DNA of 63,779 nt, counting the filler, from Cercozoa sp. M6MM (Eukaryota > Protista > Endomyxa: Ascetosporea): the NCBI GenBank assembly GCA_040357565.1. It is 9 parts of 9 records of this genome, joined end to end, with 100 filler letters (N's around TTAATTAATTAA, not from the genome) between each part and the next. Parts side by side here need not be neighbours in the genome. Positions count along the whole stretch, not along the records: positions 1 to 20,201 come from JBDODJ010000200.1; 8 more parts are not named here. The stretch is one strand, 5' to 3'. Positions within the stretch are counted from its first letter, which is position 1. Every line of letters begins with the position of its first letter. Shown piece by piece: positions 1 to 11,983 of this stretch. Under the pieces are notes generated by a model, which saw only the letters and a program-made list of their open reading frames with translations, made no database searches and was not told the DNA's origin. The translations under genes were made by a program, and so were the position numbers.

Positions 1-54
<54 letters not shown>

Positions 55-70
55 ACGTGTGTGTGTGTGT
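1..70. repeat. (GT)n microsatellite
   Basis: Direct reading. Confidence 0.95.
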
Positions 71-333
71 CAATTGGTCTATGAGCACGGCTTAATTTTA
101 TCTAAGTTTCCAGTCCACAGACTTGGCACAGAATGACCGGCTCGAGTCAAACTTGCATCATGAATTTACTGCCCTGCGCTGAACTTACCCTGAAGTAGAC
201 TAAGACGAAAGATGAGCGTTCAGTTTGATTTCTTCAGTTACCATCCATTCCATTTATGGGTGCGCAACATATGTTACTAGTAATCGCAACGATGCAGTCG
301 AGTCAGTACTTCACGGCTCGGTTAACATAAAAC

Positions 334-998
334 TCAAATTTGAGCAAGCGGCACGCGCTTAGCAAAGGCGTCCGCCAACTGCGGCAAGTCGGCGCGACGA
401 CAGGCACGCAGCAGAGCCTGTCCAGAACAATGCATCGAAGCATAGACCTGACAACATAACACAACGCACCTGCAGAGCCTTTCGCAATTCCTTACGTCGT
501 TTCTTGCCCTGGATTTTGGTCTGCGCAGATACACAGAGTATGCACACATAAGAGAAGCCCAGAGAGAGTTTAAACTGTGTGTCAGTACCACAGCTTCCAG
601 TTGATGTTCTTCCTCGCTGGGCAGGCCACACAGCGCGGGCAACGCGAGCGACAGCGCCGCCAGAGTGTCGCGCAGACATTGCTGACGCTGCGCTTGTTCC
701 TGCGCAGTCAGATCCACCACTGAGACAACAGGTGTCCTATTCCGACAAAGGCAAAGGTACGAGGCCGTTGTGGTCGCGTGCAGCCTCCATCGACAGCGTC
801 AGTGCGTGCAGCGCCTTTACAAACCCACATATGCATAAGTCAATAGGGTACAAAAAAGGCAGGTACGAGGAACTCGTTCTTAGCTTGAACAGCACGCTCC
901 GCCAGACCTACAGGTGCATTACACGATATATAGATCGATACATTTAAATCTATACCTATAGAAATAAATATATACATAATAATGAAATCAATATAGAG

Positions 999-1029
<31 letters not shown>

Positions 1030-1336
1030 GATATAAATAGAGTACGCGGAGCCAGCAGCGGTCGCAGCGGCGGCACACGCTGCAGCAGCGAGAGCCACAC
1101 CTGCGGCACGAAAGGTGCCTTCTTGTGCACCACCACTTCTGCGAGTAGACAAGGTACACCACATTATGTACGTACCGGCACAGTAAAATGGAGTACCCGA
1201 CAGCGTGTGCAGAAGTCGCATGGCGAGCCACATCTTGGTCTCGTCCGAGTCGTCGCTCAGCGCGAGTGCACACTTGCACAGCAGGGCACACACGTGCGCC
1301 GCACTGTGACGCAGGGTCTGCACACAGGAGCACATT

Positions 1337-1376
<40 letters not shown>

Positions 1377-4300
1377 GTTAAAACAAAAGAGAAGGCACGT
1401 CATTGTCGGCACGCAGAATGAAGAAATCCAGCGCATCCACGAGGTACAGCTTCACTTGTTCCATCTGTTCTCGCCAGTGTCAATAGCTCTTCTGGCAGAT
1501 AAGCACACACGTTGGAGCACACGTTGGAACACACCTCAACAAGACCGTCATTGAGAATCGATGCCACTGGCGCACGTGCCAGGGTTTGCACCACCTCCTG
1601 TTCATACACACAGACAGAAAGTTAACACAGACAGTGTGCAGTCTCAATTAACAAAGGCTCTCTCACCTTGATCCGCTTGGCGACAGGCGCCAGCGGCTTT
1701 TTCTTCTGCTGCCGGCGCTGGACTTCGAGCAGCGGGAGCTGTCAAATACGGCAGAATAAAACAAAAGAACTCTTAAGAAACACAAGAAACAGCGTTCTGT
1801 GCTTACCAACATGTCAAGAACGAGTGAGCGCTTCGCATGGATCATCGCCTTGCCAGCAGCCTCGCACAGATCACACACGCGCAGCAAGAAGCGTTTCTTG
1901 GCTTCCATCAGCTGCACACATCAAAGACCACATCAAAGCCGATGCAGAAAAGACACACGACAGGTACCTCGAGTTCCTGCTTGCGCTTGCTGCGGTTTTG
2001 CACCTGCACAACAGAGTGACATCAGCGGCGGACAAATTATCGCACACAAGGTGACCAGAGACACTTGAGCGAAGACATAGACTAAAGACACTGAGAAGAG
2101 AAACGCCGTACATGCAGACCGACAGCTTCAGCGAGTTTCGCCTCTTCCACTTGCGCACTCTGTCGGAGAGGAAACAAATAAAAATGACTGGGACTGTCCA
2201 TGTCGAAAAGTGAAGTTACGACATCGACGGCATCGGCCATGAGTTCCTTAAGCGCCTGCTCGGGCGTCAGTTCTTCCTGTATACTTGCATGTTTCATTGT
2301 GGCCAAACATAAAGACATCCAAGCAACGATTACATCGTCTTCGTTTTCTTCCTCTTCGTCCTCACCATCGTCTACAATGACACAATGTGAAATACATCAA
2401 ATAATATGCAGTTGTTAAAAAGAAGCATAGCACCTTGCATGCGCGCCTGCGCAGCGGCAAATTCAGCCGGCGAAATCGGCGCGAATTCGTCGTCTTCTTC
2501 GTCCTCCTCGTTCTCTTCTTCGTCTTCTTCCTGCTTTGACATTGTAACTGGGTTCTGAAAGCACCAACGAGTTTGTTGGTACCTCAACGTCATCGCGCAT
2601 ATCGACTTCGGCACTCTGCAGACAACACATCCAAAGAAGTAAAGCAGATCTCTGAGCAGAATTCTCTGAGCAGAAAAGAAAGAAACCGAAGTGGTATCGC
2701 CCAGTGCCGTCAGCAAATCGCTCAAAGCAGCTTCGGTCAGCTGAGTCACCGTTGCCTTGAGAGTGTCCTTGCCGACCTGACGCAGCAGCGCCGAGTCCTT
2801 AACCTGAACGACACACCAGGGCGTGCTTTCACCCTCATATCTTAAAGTGCGAAAGTACCATGAGCGACAACAGCACATCGACCAGCAGCTGCGCGAACGA
2901 TGACTCATCGTCGCCTGTCCAATACGCAACAATCAAAACGATGGCCACAACACAAAGAAGCAAGCAGCAAACCGGAATCGCCTTGCTCCAGCGCGATGCA
3001 CAAATCACTGCATGACGAAGCGCACAACTGTACCAAAACAAACAAACTTGCTCTTCAACAATCACACAGTAAGCACACCGAAATAAACACACCTGTGCAT
3101 GTTCCTCATCATCGTCACTGTCCAAAGCAGACAAAGCAACGTGCGAAATCAACTCGCGAACAGGCTTGTCTGAGTCCTGCAAAACACAGGTACAACAGCA
3201 AATTTCCTTAGTCTCCAGAAAAAAACAAACCTTAAACTCCAAATTCACGAGCGAGTTGGTCGAATTCGTGATCGCAGCTTCCGTCGCTTCGTTCTGCATT
3301 ATTGTGTCATCAGCGCGGATGATAAAAGCTGGAAACAAAAGTTACAGGCGACACAAGACGACACTTTTCAATCAGTTCGGCCGTCAGTTTCAGCGCAGGC
3401 TCTGCTTCGCTCTTTCTCTGCACAACAGAACAACTGAGTTGAAAAATACGAAAAAAAGGAAAGGAAAAACCATGACGCGCCAGAATGCCGAGCGACACTC
3501 GACGCGAGCCGGTTCCGGCAGCTACAACAAGACACACATCCGAAGACACACACTACACGTGTTAGCGAAATTATACCTCGCCATGTGGCACACTGAATGA
3601 CAACTCTTGATCAGCTGCACAAACAAGGTTGTGTGTCTCTGCAAGCAACAACCAACAAAGCCTACCGAACTCAAAGAAGCCGCAGAAGAGGAAAATGTCG
3701 CGCAGCTTGCGCTGCGTGTCGAGCCAAGTCTTGCGTCCTTTCTCGCGCTACACGTGTACGTTTCTTCCCCCACCCCAAAACTACGAAAATTAGAAATTGA
3801 CAAACCTGCGGTTCGTTGAGGAGCTGCGCGACGGCCGAGTTGAAGCACAACAGAACACGCAAGATTACGTGTCTCTCCTCTCCTACAGTTTTCACATCTC
3901 ATTGTTGAAACAAGCTGAACAAATCAAAAAGGAATGGGCACCATTGGCAGTGTCACAAAGTGCAGCAATCTGCGACTCCATGAATCGCTGTGCAACACCA
4001 GTGAGTGAGATACATCTAGACTAAAAAACTGGAAGCACCAGTGCGTGAACAGGCCAGTGGGAGCACAAGTGCGACACCAGCGTTGCAACCGAGCGCGTGT
4101 GTGTTGTCTGACAAGTCAAGTTATCCCTAAACTGAAGATAAAAGAAGTGGAGTGTGCAAACCTGGTCAAAGTTTGCACTCGAAAGCAGAGCACGCAACGT
4201 CGATTCCACAGTTTCAACACTGCAGGGGTTGTAACAGATACAAACTTGACACAAGAAAGGCAAAGGATACTCAGTGCAGACGCCAACCGCCTCGATGAAC

Positions 4301-6105
4301 TGCTGCCAGTGTTTGGAAACCGTTGCATGCAAGCGGCCGCTCTTGTTGGCCAGATTGTTGCGAATCTGTTCAAAAGCAACAAGCACACCTTGCTCGAGGT
4401 CGCAACACATCTTACTTGAGATAATAAACAACGAAAAAAGACCAAAAGCAAGAAACGCTCGTCGAGAATTTCGTCCAACTTGGTCGAAATCGGCACCAGC
4501 GACGGCAGCACCTGCAACACAGACGTTCATTCTCGACTTATCAATTACAAGGCTCTTGCAGTCTAGTCTACCTGCACGGCCGACTGCAAACTGCGCAAGG
4601 TCTCCTTGTCCACCTAAGCAAACGTGTATGATACAGAGTATATGGAACAGTATGGTCAAAGTATATGATACAGAGTATGGTACAAAGTAGATGATCATAT
4701 GGTACAAGTGGACTGTACAAAGTGAAATGTACCTGGTCGGACATCGGAAAGTGAAGTCGCCACAGGTCGTTCACACTCGGACCCGTCTTATCGTTAAGGA
4801 CGCGTCGGAACAGACGCGAATACAGCGGTGCCGGCGCCTCCAGCAGCGGTACCTGTGTAAAAATGGCTCACATCTAGAAGTAGCTACATAGGCTACATGT
4901 CATTAAAGCAGCGTTATGTACTACCATGAGGTAGGCCTGTGTGTCGACGGACAGGTGCAAGTGCCGCTGACGGTCCAGCGAGTCCAGCATGAGTGCCAGC
5001 GACACCTGCTCAAAGCTCACCTTCTTGACCTGCGATGACAGTTCGCTGTGCTGCGCCATCTCGCTGCACACCGTGCGCGCGTGTTCCTGGCGGGGGTGGG
5101 GTTAAAGAAGAAAAGGGAGTAAGCTGGGAGAGGGGTTAAAGTACCACATCGACATGCAGCAGCAGCGCCTCGGCGGCAGAAACGCAGAGTTCGTGCGCCC
5201 ACTTGGCTTCCTTCTACAAAAGGGTATTGGGGGGGGGCAAGGGTTAGGGAGTATTAAGATAAGGAGATAATCAGTATTTGAGGTAAGGGATGTTAAGGGC
5301 GCGGGGCAAATAAAGCCTACCACATCCGACAAGAAAAAGCTCAGCAATGACCGCACATTATCAAGGGTCAAAGTGGCACCTACGGGGGGGGGGGGGGGAA
5401 AAACTAAAAATCAAATCACCCAAGGGCAAAAGCATTAAAAGCAATAAGGATACGGTAAGGGGATAGAGATAACAGAGGGATAGAGATGTGCACGTACACA
5501 GGGGAGTGCGTGCAATGGCGTGCGTCAGATAGGCACGTGCCAGAGTGACATCACGCTCGCGCAGTTCGTCGTCCTTCTGCACCACCTCTGTGAACACGTC
5601 GACCAGCGGGACCTGGAACCGGCGCGACAGAGCACACAACAGCGACGCCGCCGAGGCACGTGCATGTCCTACACAACCCCAGTATACCCAGGACACCCCA
5701 CCCCTCATACCCATCATACCAGCATTGCTGAGCAGTGCACTGCAGCAGCGACGTGTCACATAGGCCAGTGCCTCATCAAAGGAGACCTCTTGCTCCTCCT
5801 GCGACGACTGCAGCGCGATCAGAAAATTCAACAGCAGTAGCGACGAGTCCCGGCGCTCCTCCATTGTGCCCTGTCCACCAGATCATCCATCCAGTGGGGT
5901 ACCCTCACTCACCGATACACCAACAGCGTGCTACCTGCTTCAGCGCCCAGAAAGCATCGCGCACCTACAAATAAAAAACTCTACAGCCGTTTGCAAGGAT
6001 TTGACAAGACAATACCTCCGACGGCAGCTTGAGCACCACGGAACGCACCTGCCGAGACTTTTTTGTAAACAGGGCAAGCTGCGCAGAAATCAGAAAGCAT
6101 ACCAT
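334..6105 (-). CDS. MYBBP1A: Myb-binding protein 1A / Pol5 (DNA_pol_phi family) nucleolar alpha-solenoid protein, multi-exon
   Basis: Hand-spliced exons give EVRDAFWALKQ..TMEERRDSSLLLLNFL, ALAYVTRRCCSALLSNAGHARASAASLLCAL, FAQLLVDVLLSLMVKDSALLRQVGKDTLKATVTQLTEAALSDLL, an acidic tract, then EAKKRFLLRVCDLCE..LVLDMLLPLL. These match the order of conserved MYBBP1A blocks as I recall them (FLDFFWDIAK..ETRLAA; YALKRLITGL..ARPCYSLAL; VLVEILLALLAQPSHLMRQV; RDFQIRVLDLVE..LVLELLEPLL). ATG at 6105, stop at 334. Confidence 0.85.
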
Positions 6106-6456
6106 TGGCAGATCTGACACAAATGCAAACCGCTCGCGCCACTTTTAGAGCTGCGCGTGGACTGTGGCTGTGGCGAAGATTATTGATTGAGCTCACATTA
6201 TATGGAATCACTGAGTCCAATTTTTATTATCATTCGAGGCGAATCGGGTTTCGGGTTCTGGTTTCACTGCAGGGTTTTTCAGGCTTTTCGTGACAAGCTT
6301 TTCGTAACAGTTTGTTGAGCGCTGTGCATTCGGCTTTGCGCTACAATGAACCGCAGCCGAGAGGTTCGATCATATTTACTTCCCTGACACCCCCCCCCCC
6401 CCCTAACAGGCCGTCTTGAGAGCCAAGCGTCAATAACTGTGTACTAGAACCAGTTT

Positions 6457-6463
6457 TATATAA
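6457..6463 (+). promoter_or_regulatory. TATA-like box (TATATAA) upstream of the structured candidate ncRNA
   Basis: TATATAA about 25-30 nt before a region with many stems. Confidence 0.35.
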
Positions 6464-6489
6464 CGCCGCTTGTTTAGCTGAGTCTGTCG

Positions 6490-6780
6490 ACAATGGTCAC
6501 CATCCACCGTCATCCGTCATACCGCATCATTTGGGATGCACAGGATCGCTTTTGCTCCGTCCTGCTCCCGGATTGCAGGCGGCGGAGCAAGGATCGTTTT
6601 GCACGATGGCAGTTTTTCTATCTAGCAATGAGTGCTGTGTGCTACTGGAGCATCCGGCGTCCCTGCGATGCCAGCAGGACTAGAAACTTGCTTTTGACCT
6701 TGGCGGTTGAGGTCAACTCTGCTTGAGGAAAATCCCATATCGTCGCAGTGAAGCGTTGACAAGTGCAGATGCGGTTTAAT
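6490..6780 (+). ncRNA. Candidate structured non-coding RNA, family unassigned
   Basis: Closing helix ACCGCATC(6521-28)/GATGCGGT(6768-75). Internal stems TTGCTCCG/CGGAGCAA, CCTGC/GCAGG, GTCC(C)TGC/GCAGGAC, TTGACCT/AGGTCAA, TTTCTA/TAGAAA. G-U extensions favour the + strand. Intergenic position. Confidence 0.4.
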
Positions 6781-7233
6781 ACATTTATAGCTGCTGAGCT
6801 CCCTGCAAGGGTACGATAAAGCGAAATCCTTTGGCGGCCTCACAACCGGCGCTCTGGGGAAAGATCAAGCCGAAATCTTGAACTCTGTACAAGCACTCTC
6901 GCAGATTCAGACTGTCCGAAGTCGCTTCGGTAAGCTCCCAGCACACCGCTACTGTGTACTAGGCGTTCTCCTTCGAGCCCGCTTGTTTTTTTTTGAGTGT
7001 CCGGCCGCTGCGCTTTTTGCGGGCTCCGGCGTGCCTTGTGCGTTCGAGAAGAGCGTTTTGTGCTCGCTTTCTAGTTTGAGTGGCAGTTTTTGCAAGTTCT
7101 TTGTGTTGTGACGTTTCGTTTCGCCGGGTTTTTTGTGTTTGTTTCGGTGTTTGCGCGAGTTTTACGGTGCAAACTTACGCCATTGGTGTGTGTGCATGCT
7201 GTGCAGCGCCAAACACACAAGAACTAAGTCGAC

Positions 7234-7940
7234 ATGTCTGTAAGCTGTCATTTCTCTGCGATTTCTGTGTGTTTCGGAAAAAAATGAGTTCCTTGACATT
7301 TTAAAGGGTTGCTACAACTGCGGCGGTGATCACTTTGCTCGCGACTGCCCCGAGGGCGGTCAGCAGCGCCGTTTCCAGCGCCGTGCGCCGCGCGTGTGCC
7401 ACCGCTGCAACCAGCCGGGGTAACTGACTTCGAAGCTTCTTTTAAAGTGATTGATGAGAGTTCACTTTCCTTTGAGTGTAGCCACTTTGCCCGTGACTGC
7501 GACCAGGACCAGGTGTGCTACAACTGCAACCAGTCAGGGTACTTGCGCGCTCTTCTTCTGTGTCATTCATGCACTGTGTCGAACACACAACTGTGTGTAG
7601 CCACATCAGCGCCGAATGCCCCAACGAGCGCGTCGAGCGCCAGAAGCGCTGTTTCAACTGCGGCGAGACCGGGTACTGCCCACTCTTCTGCCCCCCCCTC
7701 TCCCGTTACCCTGGTGTGTGCAGTCACCTGTCGCGCGAGTGCGAGCAGGAGCGACAGGAGCGTCGTGTGCGCTGCTACCAGTGTGGCGAGTTCGGGTACC
7801 CCTCCCCTGTGTTGGCTACACATGGGCACGTGAGTATTTGTAGCCACCTCTCGCGCGACTGCGACAAGGGCACCAAGTGCTACAACTGCGGCGAGTTCGG
7901 CCACATTGCGTCGGCCTGCACTGCCGAGAAGCAGGAGTAA
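7234..7940 (+). CDS. CNBP: CNBP/Gis2-like CCHC zinc-knuckle nucleic-acid-binding protein (6 knuckles, 5 coding introns)
   Basis: Spliced: MSGCYNCGGDHFARDC..CHRCNQPGHFARDC..CYNCNQSGHISAEC..CFNCGETGHLSREC..CYQCGEFGHLSRDC..CYNCGEFGHIASAC..EKQE*. All introns GT-AG. Confidence 0.93.
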
Positions 7941-8535
7941 CTCACTCAACTCCGATTTGAAAACGTCGTGCGCCGCCTGTTGCGCACCTGCTCCCTAAAA
8001 CGAAGGATTCGCCACTTTGCGTCATCGATGCCGACAGCTTAGATCTGTCGTTCACTAGTTTTCACCATAGTCTTGATCTCGGAAAATACTGTTGATCAGT
8101 TTGACTACAGATGACCAGCAATGGATCACGGCAGAGTATCCACGTGAGTGGTGCCTGAGTGTGCTTGGGTGCAAGCTTAGCGGCTGGATAGTGCAAAAAT
8201 GTCTCGATCAAGTCGATCACTAAGAAAGGCTGTGGTCGCCCGTTTGTTTGGTGTTGGTAGTTGATGCCGATCGGCTAAGCACGTGCCGGTTGGGTCACGA
8301 CGCGGGATACGTCACCTGTGTGAGGTGGCCACTCGCAAGCGATCACACCAAAGGGGCTGGGTTTCTTCCTCGTTATTAGTGCCCGAAGGACACGCGAGCG
8401 TGGTTGTGTGTCTTTGAGGCGTGTCTTCGTCGATTGTTTTGGATTAGGACTATTAAGTGCCAAGTGCCACAACCCACCCTGATAAGTTGAAACGGGTCCA
8501 TACCTTTCGGTGTTGTTGTATTTTGCAAGCCACAC

Positions 8536-9029
8536 ATGGACCTTGTCGAAAATGAAGGCGTTTTCGTCGAACTCGCCGAGTCGTACCGTTTTTGACTTTC
8601 TGTGCTGTCAGGTTGTCTTTGTGATCTGATCTCTGTTGGATAGTGACCCGGTCGTCTTCTGGCAGATGGCACTTGGTACTCTGCGTGCAGTCCATGTAGG
8701 AATGAGGAGATAAGGGTCGTATGTTGCAGGCGTGCTGTCGCTCAAGGCGCTCGCGGTGTTGATTTTCGTGCTGATGCGACTGGGTGCGCGCAAGGTGAGT
8801 TCTTTCTTCTGGGGGGAAGGGTCAGGGTATCAGTGTCCTCTTTTTGTGTGCTGACAGAGGAGGGAAAAGATCGTGCGCCTCACCAAGAAAGAGAGCAAGG
8901 CGCGAGCGATCTTGAGCACTTCGATGAGTCACATCGAACTCGAAGAGGCCGGCAGTGTCACCTCTGGCAGCTTCGTCTCTGGCTCTGAGGTATAACCCCC
9001 CCCCCCGTGATCTCTGCCGACTTAGTACC

Positions 9030-9115
<86 letters not shown>

Positions 9116-9136
9116 AGACACAGACACACACACACA

Positions 9137-9192
<56 letters not shown>

Positions 9193-11946
9193 CAACAGGC
9201 CCTGCAAATGCCGCGCGAGTTCGTTCGATCCGAGCGTCCATGTGGTATACCGGCCAGGCTCCCTTTTTACCCCCTGCTCCCTGTTATTTTGAGTGAGACA
9301 GGTATCACGTTCAACAATGTCGAGGCGTGGATTCCAGAGGCCAACAACGACAAACACAAAGACTGCGACGACGATGATGTCGAAGACTTTGACAACATTG
9401 CTGGACAGCCTGTACCTGTCTATAATATATAAATAAATTAATAAATATATATATATAAATGTATATCTATATAAAGTTGTATATTTATATACATATCTCT
9501 GCCATGCACAGGGTCGCCGCACTCTGCTGCACCCATGTTCGGGTTCGTTTGCAGCCGGCAGCATGTCCCTCGTTCTGGGTACACTTTATACACCGATCAA
9601 CATAACCACAAAGATATTTATGTACAAATACATACATATAATATTTATTTATTTATTTATTTATTTATTTAGTTATTTTTACAGGCGAGTCGGGTGCTGG
9701 TAAGAGTACGCTGATGAATGCAATTTTGGGTCGTCTGCCTCGTCACAGGTGTCATATATACTATCTGCCTGTGGATGTATCTATATGTATATATATATAT
9801 ATATAGATGTAGAGGTTGTATATTATGTTATGTATGCAGGGAGACAGGACGTCGCTCGCGTCTGCAGGAACTTTTGTACGGGAGCAGTGTTCTCACGACG
9901 GGTCACGTCGTTGTCGGCGGCGCCGATATGACTGTACCAAGTTTTTACCCTCGGGAAGGGGGAGGCAAAAATAGGGGGAACATATCTAGGGTTACATGAA
10001 TACGAATATATATATATATATATAATATGAATATACTATCCTATAAGAATAGATCCGAGCGCAAAGACAACGTGTTCGTAACCTTGTTGGTACCTTGCCT
10101 TCAGGTAGAAGAGTATGAGGAGGTATTTCCTCGTGTCTGCCCAGGCTACGTTCCGCAGTACGACGTGTTGTTCGAGGAACTCACCGTGTACGAGAACCTT
10201 AAATACGCCGCCATGCTGCGTCTGCCACGAAGGTGTCTGAGGTCACTGGGGGGTTAACTGGGGAGTAAGAATTGAGTGTGTATGTAGTTGGAGTATGGAG
10301 CGAAAACTAGCGATTGTTGACGACGTTTTGGACCTGCTGGAACTGCGTCAAGTGGCTGCTGTAAAGAGCTTCTTGACATCAAAGTCACCTGTCTTCCTCC
10401 TGTATTGTAATGGTGTCGCAGACTGTTGTAGGCAACGGTGTTTCCAAAGGCGGCATCAGTGGCGGTCAGCGGTACCACCCAGTCCCACCCCAGTGTATCC
10501 ATCCCACCATACCCCTGGACTATACAGCAAGCGTGTCAACATCGGTGTCGAGCTTGTTGCCTGTCCCCGCGTACTTGTGATGGACGAGCCAACATCTGGT
10601 ACATTTGCACTATATTTTGACCCGGTACCGACCTGTCCAGGCATACTTTCTGACAGGACTGGACGCTGCCGTGTCGCATCTGCTGATGTGCTGTCTACGT
10701 GCACTTGTGAACCGGTAGCTTTAGTTTAAACCTTTTTAACTTTAACCCCACCCTTTAATCCCATCCCTTGCTTCAGTTTTGGAGTGACATTGGTGGCCGT
10801 GGTGCATCAGCCGCGTCAGGAAGTGTTTGAACTCTTCGACTCAGTCACTGTGGCTTTTTTTCTGACTTGACTGACTTGACTGACTGTGTCCTAACCCTCT
10901 CTCTGTAGGTACTGGCACACGGAGGTGTCATGGCCTACCAGGGCCCGCTTGACCAGGTAGCTCGAAGCCTGAAACGCTGCCAGTTTGGTCTGATCTCTCA
11001 CTGTGCGAGCACAGGCCGTGCAGTATTTTGCCGACAACTTTGACTTTGACATGCCTCCCAAGGAGGTGCAAATTTACATCTATGTGAGTGTGCTCATGTG
11101 CACATATACTTGACACACGCCCACACAGGTCAATCAAGCCAATTGGCTACTGGACGTTGTGTCTGCTCGCAAGTCGAATATTCGTAGCCTTAGTTTTCGA
11201 GTTTTTGTGTTTTGTGTTTTTCGGTATTTTCTGTATTTGTCTGGTGTGTATTTGTGTGTGCAGATGAGAGCGTGGTCAGCAAGCGAGGCATGCAGGAGAC
11301 GTGGCGGCACAAGAGCAAGAGCGTGGCGGCGCCGCTGTCGGTGCAAACGGACGAGGAAGCTCCAGGCGACGCCGTCGGCAGTCAGACGCGTCGTGCCACC
11401 ATCGCAGAGACCGAACTCGAGTCCTGTACCATTGCCGTGTCCTGTCCAAATGTCCTGTCTAAATGCCCTGTCCAAATGTCCTGTCCAAATGTACGGATAT
11501 ACTCACTGCGCAGCTGCACGTCCGTCCTTCTTGGGCCAGAGTCAGGTCGTGTTCCGACGTGCCATCGCACAGACTCTGGTAGCCTGCGTAGCCTTTACCT
11601 CCCTACCCCCTACCCCTTACCCCTTCCCCTGTCTCAGGCCATGCCACATGCCTACGCAGCCGGTGTGGTTTTGGTCGGTTTCGTCGGTCTCATCAATGGG
11701 TACTATCCTCCTAGTACTATCCTCCTTAGTCTTCCGACTGGTTGGGGAACTACCTCTCCCCTCTGGGTAGTACGACGGAAGGAAGCAGCTACGACCTGCT
11801 GGAGCACGCGGCGTTTCTGAATGTGCACGCACTGGCCTGCACGGCCCTGGTGGGCGTGGCACACGGCTTCTTGTGGGCGCCCGACAAACTCGTCGTCCTG
11901 CGCGACAATCGCGCCGGCCTGTCGCCGTTTGGTACACAACACTTTT

Positions 11947-11983
<37 letters not shown>

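Noticed and set aside
6594-6735. U4 snRNA (TTTGCAC..TGGCAGT..AATGAG) or RNase P/MRP (GAGGAAAATCCC) identity for the structured region
   Set aside because: Spacing to the U4 stem I is wrong and no matching P4 3' strand was found, so it is left unassigned.
8822-9564. ORFs with long CVCVCV/HTHTHT (and ERERER, YIYIYI) tracts here and elsewhere
   Set aside because: Translations of intronic dinucleotide microsatellites.
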